Shown: positions 51,359-64,000 of the stretch, one piece after another
Numbering within the stretch: position 1 is the first letter of the stretch
Layout: each line of letters begins with the position of its first letter
Assembly (NCBI GenBank): GCA_002269645.1
Contig: NIVC01001210.1
Location: forward strand, 271,261-335,260
DNA from: Macrostomum lignano
Taxonomy: Eukaryota
Reading direction: 5' to 3'
DNA length: 64,000 nucleotides
Made by a program: the position numbers and the translations under genes
Notes under the pieces: generated by a model
Databases searched by the model: none
Told to the model about the DNA's origin: nothing
Seen by the model: only the letters and a program-made list of their open reading frames with translations

Positions 51359-52450
51359 ACTTGAAAAAATAACGAAAAATGCTACCAGAGACTATCATAA
51401 GATTGTCTGTTGGTAAAGGACCATTTGATACAGTGAATTCTGCCAAAATTTCTAATAGAGAACACACTATATTCTTCCGTTTCCAGCTTATGAACAGTAA
51501 TTCAACAAACTATTATGTAGATGAACCTCCCAATCGAATAGAAGCCTGAGATTTGTCCCGGGATATACACCGGTAACTTCTAGTGGTCAGTGCATCTGAA
51601 GTAGACTCCATCCAGTTTTTAAGCATTTTTATAGGCTTTTTTCCAGCAGTTTGGCATCGTAATTCGCCTTTTTCCGTAATAATTTTTTTCGATTTTGCAA
51701 AAAGCAAATTTAAGTCTTCTGTTTGCATTTTATGTCGAATTATTATTGCCTTATAATATGAGCTGCTGAAATATGCAGTTCAAAGGAGCCAACATCCTTT
51801 GCTGCCAAGCATTTTTTAGGCAACGAACAGTTTGTTTGTGCAATTATTTTTGTTTTTTTTCTGTATTCAAAGTAAAAAATAAAAAGGTGCTAAAGACGTT
51901 TCTGCTTATGACGGCCTTGCCGTTCTCAAGGCATTGTTTTTGTTTTCTTTGACACGAGACGATTCGGTTTTGTTGTCTAATTTTTTTAATATAGTTCTTG
52001 AAGTTTAACAGGCTTTGATACCCAATTATTTTCTCCCATTTTTGACTACCGCTGACTTTGAAATAAAGCACGACTGCTGTATTCTATAAATGAAAATATT
52101 TTTGTTACGATCAGCATCTGTTTGCACAACGCTATTTTAGGAATCGGAATGCACTGTGCAAGCGTACATGTACCAGAGTTGCTTCATCTTAGCTTGAACT
52201 ACATGTATTGTACTACGAGTTCTGATGATTCACCTTTCTGCACCTCAGGGAAAATATTAATATTGTTAAGACAATACTGGAACCTATATAACTCTGGCTA
52301 GAATGTCAGTTTCATACATGCAGATAAACTGCTCAATCGATTTCCTGGAGCGATATCCCATTTACAGTTATAACTATAAGTACAGTGCGACTAAAGAGCG
52401 TTTCGATTTTTTTGCTGTAATATTATCACAGAACGTTATTTTCGCCCTAG

Positions 52451-52625
52451 CTGTTCGCCGCATGCTACGAAGGCAGCCTCTACCGAGGCATTTGCATCAG
52501 GGCCGGGCGGGAAGACGCCCTTGTACATTTCATCGACTATGGCAATACATAACGGGTGTCGCTGATCATCAAATATTTGAACTACCAGCTGGGCTGCTAC
52601 ACACGAGTCCGCTGCTAGTTCCGTA
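52451..52625 (+). pseudogene. Degenerate duplicate of the 5' part of Tudor exon 2
   Basis: ag|ctgttcgccgcatgctacgaaggcag... copies 49476 onward, with a TAA in place of the Glu codon and a later frameshift. Confidence 0.85.
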
Positions 52626-53520
52626 TTACCCTAGAAAGTTATTATTTCTTTTGGCTTTCAAGAATAGCTTTGAGCCTTGTAGAAATACGTGCTTTAATTG
52701 TCTAATAAATAATATTTAGATATTAAAAGTATTTTATATACGCTGCATTCAGATACACTTCCATAGTCTAAAATGGTATTGTATATGTCTTCCCAGAAGT
52801 ATTAAAATAAATGAGTTACTTAACTTCATGGGACGTAAGGGTAAATTTAATACAATGTACTCATTGGTTAGAAAATACAAATTTCGCATTAGATAAAAAT
52901 TAACATTAATAACTTTTTAACTCCGGAAATATATGTCGTATATTTCTTAGATGGCCAGGTAATCTCTATTTAAAACTTACATTTAAATTATTTTGAAGAT
53001 TATGACTAAATTAACAGTAAAAGACTAGTGAAATGAACGACAAATGTTGTACACGATTTGTTTACATCACCATAAAATATTTTTCAAAATCCGATATCAT
53101 AACTAATTTAACTAAACTCATTATTTATTTTTCATATAATTGCATTTTAATCACAATCGTATTAAAGTAATCTCTATGCCGTAGCCCTCACAGAGTTTCA
53201 CTTCTTAGTACTTAAATAACTATCTATATTCTTCCCTTAGAACTGTAGTTTGTGACTGTTTCTTAGTAGGTCCCATTAAGTGAACGGTGGCTTAACTTAA
53301 GCAAAGTCTTATCAATATATCATGTCCACTGTTGGCCCGTAGCGCCATAGCGGTAGGCTAGGCTCTATCTAATATATCTGGCTATAAAAACATTAACACC
53401 GAACAGACAACTGTTTGCAACTTCTTGCAAAACAATTTTAACTGTAAATGCAAGATTTGAATAGAAAGCAATAAGAATATTTTTGTGTGGAGTAGTAGAG
53501 CTGACGAATAATGGCTAGGC

Positions 53521-53959
53521 CTATCCTGCAGAATCGTTCGTCAAATTCACTGTATGCATATTTTTTAGCTATTGACATGAAACTTTCCAAAAATGAATGT
53601 TTTCATTATGCCAAGCCAACATTTTAGAAGTGTTTAGAAGTGTCCGATATTTGTTAGGCCCCTAGTTCAAGGGCTAGGCATACCTTTTGATGTGGCACAA
53701 TCTATCTATGTTGGGGCAGAAGGTTGTACGCCAGCCATTTTTAAGTGGAAAGCATGTTAAATTTCAGAAAAATCTAGAAAAACCTAGAAATTGTAATAAA
53801 AGATAATTTACAACTCCCCAAAAATGGAGTTTTAATGCCAAAACACTTCTAAAATGTTTGCATAATGAAAGTAGACCCCCTATTCATTTTTGGCAAGTTT
53901 CATGTCAATAGCTAAAAAATATGCATACAGTGAATTTAATGAATGATTCTGTAAGATAG
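53521..53959. mobile_element. MITE with ~130-bp TIRs
   Basis: ...aaattcactgtatgcatattttttagctattgacatgaaactt... (53545-) is the inverse of 53896-53940, and the match extends on both sides. Confidence 0.8.
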
Positions 53960-54265
53960 CCAAAATAATTCTTAGCAAATTCTTAGCAAAAAGTTCAAAA
54001 ACCTTATTCTCCTTGTCATTTTTTGTTCATATAATAATTGACTAGGCTATAGGAATAATTTAGGTCTAAGCTATTATTTCAACTTTTTAAGTAAAAAACA
54101 TATATAGGCCTAGAGCTTAGTATTTTTAGAAAAGTTGGAAATTGGCATAACTTAGCCTAAAATAAAACTTAAAAGTTGACTTTTTAAAAATTGCAATAGG
54201 CCTCTAGAGACTTAGTTAGACTAGATTCTTAGATCCCTATCTAAAGTTTTAGGCCTAGTTTCTAG

Positions 54266-54989
54266 TAGAGCTCGAATGGGATCCCGATCCCGATCTCGAA
54301 TTCTTGGGATCCCGAAGATTTTTTGGGAATTCAGGATCGGGATCCCGAAGGCTTAGAGAACTCGGGATTCAGGAGCACAATAGATTGATAATGAAGATGA
54401 TGCTTTCAACAATCAAGAGCAGTAATCAATACTAAGCTAATTTTTGTAACAGCAACTATAAATATGTTGAAAGTCTGACCTTGAATTCACCAAATAAAGC
54501 AGCAGATTTTTACTTAGTAACAGATTTATAAAGAGTTGTACTCGTAAATAACGAACTAACAAGTATGAGGCTTTTCACGAAGCGATTCCAGAAACAGAAT
54601 TTTACAAGAAAAAAGATGAGTATAACTTTGGCCGTCAACTTTTTCGTCAACTTTTCCGTTAAATTTTCTATTAACTATTCTGTCAACTATTCCGTCAACT
54701 TTTCCATTAACTTTTCCGTTAAGTATTCCGTTAACTTTTCCATTAACTATTCCATCAAGTATTCCGATAATTTTTAGGCTATACTTTGGAAAAAGGGTCT
54801 GGAACAAGAATTGACAATATGAAAAGCCCCTCATGGGTTTATAGTCAGATAAAACTATCCTTGAATCCTTGATTCATTAGTTAGTAAGTAGTATATTCCC
54901 AGATCCCAGATTCCCGAATCCCGATCCCAAAATTATTTTCAATCCCGATCCCGCCCGATCCCAAAAATTCTACTCCCGTTCGAGCTCTA
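54266..54989. mobile_element. hAT-type non-autonomous element, 724 bp
   Basis: TIR tagagctcgaa(t/c)ggga. Perfect 8-bp TSD gtttctag (54258-54265 and 54990-54997). gatccc subterminal repeats and an internal 12-bp repeat at about 54630-54775. Confidence 0.9.
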
Positions 54990-54993
54990 GTTT

Positions 54994-57073
54994 CTAGTCA
55001 CTTTGGTGATAAGACATTTTGGCAGTAGATACTTTGGCAATAAGACATTTGGGTAATAGGCCTAGGCCTAGTCACTTTGGAAACAATCTTAAATTCTTAA
55101 ATTAATTATATCTTTTTAACAAAATAAAGATGCAGCTACTGCTTAATATACTCAAATGGACTAGTTTAGGCCTACTTCATTTTAGTTTATTTTATTTAAT
55201 GACTTATTTAATTTGAAATCAATAAGTTTTTTTAACTTGCTACTTTTGGTAAACCTAAATTCTTTAAATATATCAATTTATTAAAATAAAGATGCAGTTG
55301 CTACTGCTTAATATATTTATTCTTAAATTCATATTGTAGGCTTTTGTTGAAATGTCTTTTTCTTTGTTGCCAATATAGCAATTATTGGACTTTTTGAACT
55401 TTAGTTTAGGTAGATAAAATAGTTGCAATTTTGATAAGATCATAATTTTGTCTCTATAAAGTTTTTTGGGCAATGTCCTAGTTTTAAATTCATCAAATTT
55501 TTTGACTCAAAATTTAAAACAAACAAACAAAAGCAAGTTTATTAAAAATTTAAAATGAGTCTTAGGTCTTAAAAGGAGTATTACATGGCATAGTAATATG
55601 TTAGCTAGTATACAAAGTTGCCAAAACTCTTTTTTGGGTAGAGTTGGTGCCAGAGAAACTTGCTAAAGTGGGAGTCAAAAAGGTTGTCACTGGTACCATG
55701 CTGACTACAAAACTTTGCCTTTACATAGGCTCAAGTGCCTTCAATGTTATTTGTGTGCATGGGTCAAATTGGGTCAAAATAATTTAATGCAGGAAACTAG
55801 GACATTGCTAGTTTTTTATTGTTAATTTTAATTTTTAATTTTTAATTTCAAATTTGAGCTTCATTTTTTCGTAGCTCAAAGCCAAACACTGAGGCATGGG
55901 AAATGGAAGGTTTTAGGGTAGGGAGAATCTTCATGAGGATTAATTTTATGTACATAAACTTCAATAGAGACATGGATGTCTATTGAAGATTTGGTAGATA
56001 AATTCAAAAGCTAAAGAGAAGGGACAAGTCTTGGGAGGTAGGGGTGGGGGTAGAAAAGAGGACTAACAACCATCAACAACCAAGGAATAGGGGTTTTAGG
56101 GTAAGGGAGAATCTTCATAGGGATTGATTTTATATACCTTAACTTTAAGAGAGGCATAGAGGTCTATTGAAGATTAGGTAGATAAATTCCAAACCTAAAG
56201 GAAGAGGTCTAACAGGGGGTGGCTAACAACCAACAACTACCAAGGCAAGGGGGAAAGGGGGTTTTAGGATAAGGAGAATCTTCATTAGGAATTGATTTTT
56301 TGTACCTAAATAAACTTCAATAAAGGCATGGGAGTCTATTGTAGATTAGGTAGATACATTTAGAGACTAGGGGTATCTAGGGGAAAATTGTAATAAAGCT
56401 TAAATTAAAAATTCAGCAAATTATCAAGTACTTCCATTTAGAAAAAATTATAAACCCTATCAAATTAATTGATATCAGCAGCTATAGTTACCTTTAGAAT
56501 GGAGAAGACAGCACAGATTAATAGTAATAAGTATAGGTAAACAAGTAAAGAATGTACAGCTAGTCATAACCATGAGAGAAAAATAGCAAATCAAAAGCAG
56601 GAGGTGAGAGAATGGTAAACAATGAGTCAGCATTTTTTCAAAAATACTAATCAAACATAGCACTCTCACTGCACTATAATAAACTAAGTAAAGATAAATT
56701 AAAATATACACTCTTTATTGGAGTTAAAAATCTAACCCTCTAATTGTTTTTTTTTTATTTTTTTATTATATTATAGATTTTCAAATATACAATTCTCCAA
56801 AACTGCTTATATCAAATTATCACTAAATATATAGGGATTAACAAATTGAGCTCCTATTAACTCTGAAGATAATTTTTTGTAGTTTTTTGCTTTATTGTCA
56901 TTTTAAACAGTCTATAAGACTCTGGCAAAAGTTTTAGAAAAAATGGAAAATCAGGAATATTTTATATACCTAATGTTTAGGAAGTCGCAATTACTATTGC
57001 CAAAAATCATTTTTGTCCCAAAATTGTCACCAAATTATTTATCACCAAAATGTCTTGTTGCCATAGTGACTAG
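54994..57073. mobile_element. 2.1-kb TIR element with ~15-bp subterminal repeats
   Basis: ctagtcactttggtgataagacattttgg (54994) versus its inverse ending gtgactag at 57073. Contains three degenerate ~180-bp repeats at about 55900-56380. Confidence 0.6.
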
Positions 57074-58841
57074 TAATCTAATTTTTTCTATTAAAAAGCT
57101 AGAAAGGTTATTGAGAGCCCTTTCACTTTCCAAATATTCATAAAAAGGCTTTTTAAATGACAACCTATAACATAGCCATAGGGGTTAGATAATACTAAAT
57201 TTTCAAGAGTTTTGAGACTTAAGATCTATATTTCTGAGATAATCAAGATTTGATTAAGATTTGGGATTAAGCCTAATTTTTATCTAGTAGGCCTATTTAT
57301 ATTATTCTTTCTATCAATAATGGTATTATTATTGGTTAAATAAATAAAATCCTTATTCTAGATCATGTTGGATGCATGGCAGAATTTATACCAGGGAGCT
57401 TTTTGTTTGTATACCTATTGTATATATACAATTATAATAAAAAGAAAAATGATTATTATTTAATATTGGGTTTGTTAATAACTTAACATATATATTAAAT
57501 GTAAGTATGATAATATTTGCAAGCTTCTAGTTTGTTTTGGTATTTTATTTTTTAAGTTTGAATTGATGCCATAATATAGTATCTTTGAGTACTAGATAGA
57601 GTAGGCCCTTTGTTTATAAAGAAGTTATTGGAGCAATAGCTAGAGTCGTAGAATCATTTCCTATCCCTTTTGGCCAGACATCATTTTCTACTATGGCATT
57701 ATATTATAATACCAATTCAAAAATGCCAAGATCTTAACAATTGAGATCTTGTTTGATCCCTATTATAACACTCACAAAAATAAGTATATTATATTGGTGT
57801 AAAATATACTTAGTTTATTTTTTTTAAGAAAAGGATAAAAAAGAAAAAAGATGACATGGGAATTAAAAGTAGTTGCATAAACATGCTAGGTCTAAAGTTT
57901 GCAAGCAGAATTGATTATAGTATATTAACTTATAGGCAAAATGCATTATAAAAATATTAAAAAATTAAGATTCAAAATGCTTTGTAACTTTTTTATTACT
58001 TGACCAATTTTCAAAAGTAAAGTGTCTTTTTACTTAGATGAATGAAGTTTAAAAATGAAAAAATATTTAAAAATCCTCAAATCTTATTAGACTGCCTGCT
58101 AAGAGCTTAATTCACTCAAATTAACTTTTTAAACTAGACTACATTAAAATTTTTATAAAGTCTACTAGGGCCTAGGCAAAGATGCATTTGAAATGGAGTT
58201 GAAGTCTCTTTGGTAGATAAGGTTTAGTATGTCTAACTTATATGTAAATGATTTATATTTCTTTGACTAATGCTTAAAGGCAAGGTGATTTTGTATATTA
58301 GAAGATAAATGCTTGCTTTTTTTCAAATTAGATTATTATGTTATTTATTCTTTGGATTAAAAAAATGAATAAGAAGATGAAGCTTTGGCTCATCTTGTAA
58401 ATTAGAAATTAAACTTTTTAGTATGTAGATAATAATTTCTTTTCTAAGATACTTTTTTATTAACCAATTTTTGTCATTAGATATAAAAAAAATTGAATAT
58501 GATTTCTTGGTGATCTATAAGTAAATTTTGTACATTTATTTATTATCCTTGAAATTTACAATTTAAATGGCTGCAAAAAGATTTAGCTTAAAAGATTTGT
58601 GTTTGGTACAATCTAAATATTAGGGGTAAATAGACTTTGTGGTTATTAAGCCTAGTCTATGTGGGGTAGATAATTTTTACTAATTAAAACTATGGCTGTC
58701 TTCTTACCTATACCTAAAGCCATTTTTATCTAGCTTTTATCTATAGGACTACTTATTCATTCCATTAGTTTGAAGATTTAAGATGTGCAATTAGAAAATA
58801 GTTGACATATTATACTATTTTAGTTGTGGAACCAAAAGTTC

Positions 58842-59077
58842 AGCTGCAGCTATTGCGTGGTGCATCTGAAGGCTGTGTATGGCTGTTCAGTCCAAGGACC
58901 TGGGGGGGGGGGGTGGTGGTTCACCACACACCCTAAATTACCCCAGCTAATGCTGGCACCCATGTACAGCTGAGTTAAGTGTCTGCTCAAGGACACAAAT
59001 TGTTCAGAATGGGTCAAGAATCGAACCCCTGACCTTTCGGTTGGGAGTCTGACACTCAAACCATTAGGCTACAACCC
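58842..59077 (-). mobile_element. tRNA-derived SINE
   Basis: Reverse strand reads gggttgtagcctaatgg...ggttcgattc...gtgtccttgagcagacacttaac, homologous to 12822-12957. Confidence 0.8.
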
Positions 59078-59182
59078 ATTCTTTAAAAGATACGTAAGTT
59101 AATGTGTCTATTGCCAAGTTTTCATAGATAATTCCTATTTTTTATTTTCAGTTCTTCACGAATTCTATTGTTAAAATAAAGA

Positions 59183-59889
59183 ATGTCCGCCTCAGCCTCA
59201 TCTGGCTTTTCAATGTCCTCGAGCTGGCGCAGCCTGGCAGACACGGTGCTGGCAGGTTGGCCCATAGACTACGACCTGCTGGAGCCCGACGTGCCCGCAA
59301 TCAGCGAGGCGGACATCGCCAAGCGAATGTGCGGCCTGCCATTCAAACCTGTTGACGATGTTACTCGGCCAACACCGGCCGAAACTGTCCGAAATTTGAG
59401 CCGGCCGGACCCAGAATCCGGCCGGCTTATGCAATTGCCAGCCATTCCTAGCGCTGAATCGGCGCGCTCTATGAAGCGTCAGCGCCGCGCCGAGCGCCTG
59501 CGAACAGCCGGCAAGAATTGGTTCGGCTTACCGCGTCAGGAGACCGACGAGGCTCAAGCGCAGGCTTTAGAAGTGCTTCAGATGCGACGGCTCTGGACAC
59601 GAAGACTTTCTATAAACGCAACGATCGGGACAAGCCCGCTCGCTACTATCAGGTTGGCACTTTCGAAGATCGGCCCGAGGATTATTACAGCTCCAGGACA
59701 ACGCGCAAGCAGCGTCGGGCGGATGTTGTGGATGAACTTCTAGCTAGCGAAGACTTTATGAAGAAGCTCCGCGTGCGCTATAGAAAGATTCATCAGGCTC
59801 GCATTGCCGAGAGTCTGCGCAAGGCCAATAAGCTGAAACGGCTTACTAAGAAGCAGAAATCAAGGACTACTAAGGCTAAGGGCAATTGA
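59183..59889 (+). CDS. FCF2: Fcf2 pre-rRNA processing protein, intronless, with a 1-nt frameshift near 59587
   Basis: TAGKNWFGLP...LEVLQMR in one frame continues as ALDTKTFYKRND...YYQVGTFEDRPEDYYSSR...DVVDELL in the next frame (Fcf2 motifs). Confidence 0.8.
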
Positions 59890-59965
59890 GCTTTTTAACG
59901 ATATTACGAAAGTATGAGGGGCTTATGGATTCAATTCTGTCAGTTGTAACTCTTGGTTCTTCGAC

Positions 59966-60683
59966 CTTCAGTAGGCCGCCGCTATCCCCCATGTAGTCCT
60001 TCAGTAGGCCACTGCTATCTCCCATGTGGTCCTTCAGTAGGCCGTCGCTATCCCCCATGTGGTCCGTGGTCCTTCAGTAGGGCGCTGCTGTCCCCCATGT
60101 GGTCCTTCAGTAGGCCACCGCTATCCCCCATGTGGTCCTTCAGTAGGGCGCTGCTGTCCCCCATGTGGTCCTTCAGTAGGCCGCTGCTGTCCCCCATGTG
60201 GTCCTTCAGTAGGGCGCTGCTGTCCCCATGTGGTCCTTCAGTAGGGCGCTGCTGTCCCCCATGTGGTCCTTCAGTAGGCCGCTGCTGTCCCCCATGTGGT
60301 CCTTCAGTAGGCCGCTGCTGTCCCCCATGTGGTCCTTCAGTAGGGCGCTGCTGTCCCCCATGTGGTCCTTCAGTAGGGCGCTGCTGTCCCCCATGTGGTC
60401 CTTCAGTAGGCCGCTGCTGTCCCCCATGTGGTCCTTCAGTAGGGCACCGCTATCCCCATGTGGTCCTTCAGTAGGCCGCCGCTACCCCCATGTGGTCCTT
60501 CAGTAGGCCACCGCTATCCCCCATGTGGTCCTTCAGTAGGCCGCCGCTACCCCCATGTGGTCCTTCAGTAGGCCACCGCTATCCCCATGTGGTCCTTCAG
60601 TAGGCCACCGCTATCCCCCATGTGGTCCTTCAGTAGGCCACCGCTATCCCCCATGTGGTCCTTCAGTAGGGCGCTGCTGTCCC
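59966..60683. repeat. 33-bp satellite
   Basis: (gtagggcgctgctgtcccccatgtggtccttca)n, about 21 copies. Confidence 0.98.
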
Positions 60684-61199
60684 TCATCGGCAGTGTAGCC
60701 CCTTGTTCATTTTTGGCTCAGCTGAAATACCCGCGTTCTCTCTCTACATGCATATATAGTACGCGGCCTTACTATTGGTTTGTAGATCTGGCAAGCCGGT
60801 CACGTGACCGCCTTCAGCCAATAGCAGTAACGAAAATTTATATATAGAAAGTGCCAGAGCACTAACATCTATAAGCCTTCTACTATTACATTAATGTATT
60901 GAAGTGGTTAAAACATTGTGTACTTTTCTGCGCTAAAGTCCTCGTACTAGCTATTACTGTAAAGATCAATTTGTCCGCATCTTTCTGTCTTTTTTCTGAG
61001 CATTCAGTAAATCGAGTAGATTATAAATACTCTGAAATGGCATTTGCTCCTGCGATTGACTTGTCATTGCGTGTTTGTTTTGCGTTTCATTTTTATTCCC
61101 TTATGTGCGCCTATACTTAGCTGATGTAGAGTCTATAGTTAGTTTTGCACTGTTTTATAGAAATAGTTTGATAGTTTTTACTTTTCTTCTACAGTTACT

Positions 61200-62960
61200 G
61201 GCTTCGGACAGTTTGCTGTGATTTCGGGACTTCAAAATCCCCTGCCTTCTCTTCCCCTCCCCGCAGATGCAGCCCGCGCTCTTGACGATCTATCTGACTT
61301 CCCTTTTTTTACTCAAAGCCAAGCCAATCTTCCCCTTTCCCTCCTCTTCCATGCTTCTATCTAATTGGAAACCTCCCAAAAATATCCCCATCCCTCTGTT
61401 CCTGTGTCACTCTCTCTCTATCTCTTTCCCGACCTTCGCTTGCTCCAGTCCCCCCCCGATTGCCACCAAAATCTTCCCCTCTTCCTCACCTCCTCCCGTC
61501 TCCCAAGGCCACGTCTGTCTGTCCGGCTCTCCTCACCGAGAGCATAGTTAAAGCCGAGCTTCAGCAGGCGACCGACCAACCTTCCCCGCCCTTCCACCCC
61601 ATTCTTCAGCTTTCAGTCAAATAAAGCTATACCTATCCACTCCGCCTGTGTCTCACCCCCCCCCCACCCCAGACACAGCAAGACCAAGATAACCACCCAC
61701 AAATTTCCTGATCGGGTTCGGTGCGGCCAGGGTGAGGAGTCTTCTAGCTCAGCTTCTGCTCCTCTATCTCTCTCCCGCCTTTCCTCCTCAGCTCTCTTTT
61801 TCTGTGGCTAACTCCGTCCCGAAACCGCCTAGCTGAGGCATTAGTTTTTCTTTCTTAGAAAGCACCGCCACGGCGCGCGCTTCCATAATTCTGCTGGGGT
61901 GAGGGATATAGATGCAGGATGGGGACGGGAGGCTGCCCTAGCTTAGCCTGTTCAGTCTCATTTTTTACTTTGCTTTTAGTAGGTATAAGAGCTTTCTCTC
62001 TACGTTAGAGAGAAACGTATGCAACATTGGATTAAAGAGAGTTTATGTAATCATATTTAGGCAGAAATTCAAATCATAGTCGTAGCCGATACGCTTAATT
62101 CCTCGCTTAAGAGTAAGGCATGGTAATTTTTTTCCGCGTTGATGATTTCTTTATCTATCTTCTCGACTTCTTAATCCAGATGGGTGGATGGGACTGCGGC
62201 TATTCTCTCCCAACCCTGTCTCTTGTCTTTGAGGAAGGGGAAAACAGACTGCTAAGCCACACAGCTCCTCCTCTCCTCCGCCCACTGGCCAGCCGCATCA
62301 CCAGATTCTCCTGAGCTGCTAATGCTGCGCGTCTCAACTCAAGTAGCAGGGGTAGCTGGCTTAGTTCTCTTTGGCGCACATGCGAGACGGGGGGGCCGCT
62401 GTGAATAAACGGGACTACGGGTCTTCCTCCCCAAGCCCTCCACCACACTGTTCGTCTCCCCACCCCACCCTCCTACTTTGCTCTCTTCCCTTCTCGCCTG
62501 ATCTTCACAGAGTCTCCGCTACACACTCAAACTCCCTGAGCAATAATTCTGAAGCTCGCGTTTTCTCGTCCACGGCTAAAATATCCTCCTAAGTCTCCCT
62601 CTACACTATGCCTCATTGCCGCGTATTTCCCAGCCGAGGCCTTGGCCTTCCACCCTCTCCTTTTTTCTCCCATACAGCAATCTCGATCCAATACTACTGC
62701 CTCCTGCCCCACCCTTTCTCTCTCTCTTTCTCTTTAATGTCGAGTGAACTAGCAAAAAGAGAGGCCAGGCAGCCAGAAAGAGGAAAGGAAAACGCGATGC
62801 GTCACACACACAGCACTGCAGACACGCTTTGGGAGTTGAGGTGGGCCGGTTTCGAAGGATACACAGGGGGGCTTTGGAAGCTTTGCCAAGAAAGCAAGCC
62901 CAGTCTGCCACCCACTAAGAATATGAACCGCTCTGTTTTATTGCTCAATAGTATGTAGAA
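61200..62960 (+). mobile_element. Possible highly degenerate non-LTR retrotransposon fragment
   Basis: C/T-rich, stop-ridden coding-like DNA with faint endonuclease-like pieces (RDGG.., LIAAYFP). Weak. Confidence 0.25.
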
Positions 62961-63414
62961 ACCTTGAGACAGTGGAATCAATGAGCAGCTTGAGCACATA
63001 GAGAAAGCTAACCTAATTAAATAACTTTCAAATTTTAACCTATTACCATTTATGCCAATATCCATTATCTATATAATTCTTTTGCTGCCAATTTTGTGTC
63101 GGCTGCCGATCAAGCATCGGCGCTCGAGCGCGATAAAGAAAATTACTTAAATAAGCCGCGATTAATCAGCCCAGCAAGGCAACCGCTTGAAAGCCTATCA
63201 AAGCTTGCCAAGGTGTTGATAATAGGAACAAAGAATAACAAAGGTCACAATTTATCCACTCTCAACTTTGTATCGGTACACTTGTTCAACTGATGCAGCC
63301 GATTAAATAGAGCGAGTAATTGGCAGGCCAGTTCGATTGCCCCCTGCACCTTAGGCGGGCAATCAAGGCATTATTGATAATCTGGTTATCGCTAAACATG
63401 GACGGCAGTCTTTC

Positions 63415-64000
63415 ATGAACTTTCTTGAGCCGTCGTCTTCGCACTCTAGCGCCGGCGGCGGCGGTGTCGGCGGCACCAGCTTCTTGGAGGAGCTGACCAA
63501 CGGTGACCCGGTTGCTGGGCAGCAGCCAACTGGCATGTCTAGCGGATTTGGCCAGGCTCAGGCTATGCCGGATTATCCTGGAGCTGGCGGCGGGCCAGCT
63601 GCCTATTATCCCCAGCAGCAGCGCATGTACCCCACTGACTCGGCCGGCTATCCATCGCCTTCGCAGTACGCCGGCTACCCTGGCGGCCCAAGCGGCTATC
63701 CGACTTCTTCACCGTCGCATCAGATGCGCTCTGCTGCTGCTGCTGGCGCCGCTGGCGCCGATCCCTGGTCAGCGTCTTCAACTGGCGGCGCCGGTGGCTA
63801 TCCCGGATATCCGGGTGCGTCTGCTTCAGCTGCTGCCGCCTACGCTCAGCGAGTGTACCGATCTCCGCATCAGCAGCAGATGTACAGTCCTAGCGCCTAT
63901 CACCATCAGCAGTATGCTCAACCGCAGCAGGCTGCAGCTCAACAGCAGCAAGGATATCCGGGCTATCCAGGCGGACCTTACGGTTCGCCGCATTCGCATT
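63415..64000 (+). CDS. 5' part of a gene with a G/Y/P/Q/A low-complexity N-terminus, open to the window end
   Basis: ATG at 63415 followed by 195 uninterrupted codons (MNFLEPSS...GYPGYPG...QQQGYPGYPGGPYGSPHSH) with GC-rich codon usage. Absent from the ORF track because it has no stop in the window. Confidence 0.8.
   Translation, partial: MNFLEPSSSHSSAGGGGVGGTSFLEELTNGDPVAGQQPTGMSSGFGQAQAMPDYPGAGGGPAAYYPQQQRMYPTDSAGYPSPSQYAGYPGGPSGYPTSSPSHQMRSAAAAGAAGADPWSASSTGGAGGYPGYPGASASAAAAYAQRVYRSPHQQQMYSPSAYHHQQYAQPQQAAAQQQQGYPGYPGGPYGSPHSH

Noticed and set aside
51513-52071. Lys-rich short minus-strand ORFs
   Set aside because: The DNA is AT-rich with no motif or splice support.
15441-60683. Common origin of the 17-bp and 33-bp satellites (13/16 local match around cttca..gcc.ctg)
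   Set aside because: The match is too short, and the unit lengths are not multiples of each other.
59953-60847. Repeat ORFs (PCGPSVGRCCP, MWSFSRALLSP)
   Set aside because: They are translations of the 33-bp satellite.

Overview
Eukaryotic animal DNA with GT-AG introns, many TEs and satellites, and GC-rich Gln/Ala-rich exons. The style suggests a free-living flatworm such as Macrostomum, but that is inference only. Genes reconstructed by hand from splice sites: a two-exon galactose-3-O-sulfotransferase; a small two-exon ORF starting MGLCLG; a tandem cluster of three intact 3-exon type I membrane receptors (signal peptide-CUB-LDLa-MAM-like-MAM-LDLa-TM-two PPxY motifs) on the minus strand; a syntaxin-6-like gene apparently lacking the SNARE motif; a two-Tudor-domain gene; a frameshifted FCF2; and a G/Y/P/Q-rich ORF running off the right end. 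Other content: an intronless ACSF2 pseudogene, a broken Tc1/IS630 element (D32E spacing), a fold-back element with a putative tyrosine-recombinase (Crypton-like) fragment plus relatives, hAT-type MITEs with 8-bp TSDs, a CMC/EnSpm-like element with a 2-bp TSD, tRNA-derived SINEs, several satellites, and sharply CpG-depleted blocks. No CRISPR, rRNA or intact tRNA gene was seen. All domain calls are by eye; no database searches were run.
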